Shown: positions 63,896-64,000 of the stretch, one piece after another
Layout of the letters: each line of letters begins with the position of its first letter
Numbering within the stretch: the first letter of the stretch is position 1
Assembly (NCBI GenBank): GCA_010405405.1
Contig: MU004241.1
Span: 1,213,359-1,277,358, forward strand
Length of the DNA: 64,000 bases
DNA from: Microthyrium microscopicum
Taxonomy: Eukaryota
Direction: 5' to 3'
Notes under the pieces: generated by a model
Database searches by the model: none
What the model was told of the DNA's origin: nothing
Seen by the model: only the letters and a program-made list of their open reading frames with translations
Position numbers and translations under genes: made by a program

Positions 63896-64000
63896 GCTAT
63901 GGGGGAGGGGATAGCAGTACCTAGTAGATACCGAGCATAACCTGAAATAACACCTGTTGATGAGCAATGAAGCCATCAAGTATTGATTGTGCGAATAACA

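Noticed and set aside
1..64000. tRNA, rRNA or other ncRNA genes
   Set aside because: No cloverleaf, T-loop or rRNA signature was recognised by eye; a tRNAscan-SE/Infernal run would be needed to exclude them.

Overview
Filamentous ascomycete (Pezizomycotina-type) nuclear DNA, with short GT-AG introns and CTRAC branch sites. Left arm (1-20.3 kb): Urb2-like gene (truncated by the window edge), MIC10, aprataxin/HNT3, a DEAH helicase, a T5orf172/GIY-YIG-like protein, an SDR, an alpha/beta hydrolase, a PTH11-like GPCR and pyruvate kinase. Centre (20896-40639): a 19.7-kb AT-rich block with no ORF calls, destroyed by RIP. It resolves into three nested transposons, each with termini and target-site duplication (TSD) still readable. 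The outermost is a two-ORF PIF/Harbinger DNA transposon (15-bp TIRs, ACT TSD). Into it inserted a Ty3 chromovirus (318-bp LTRs, ATTAT TSD), and into that a second Ty3 chromovirus (162-bp LTRs, ATAGG TSD). Both Ty3 elements appear self-priming and carry candidate antisense ORFs. Right arm: PBDC1/YPL225W-like gene, STE6-like ABCB exporter, small HTH-like protein, SWP1, a BRCT protein, an AT-hook/TM protein and a TGL4-like lipase. The window ends in an accessory-looking tail with a GH72-X8-TM protein lacking both catalytic glutamates (candidate glucan sensor) and two putative secreted proteins. All family calls come from motif recognition by eye; no database searches were run.
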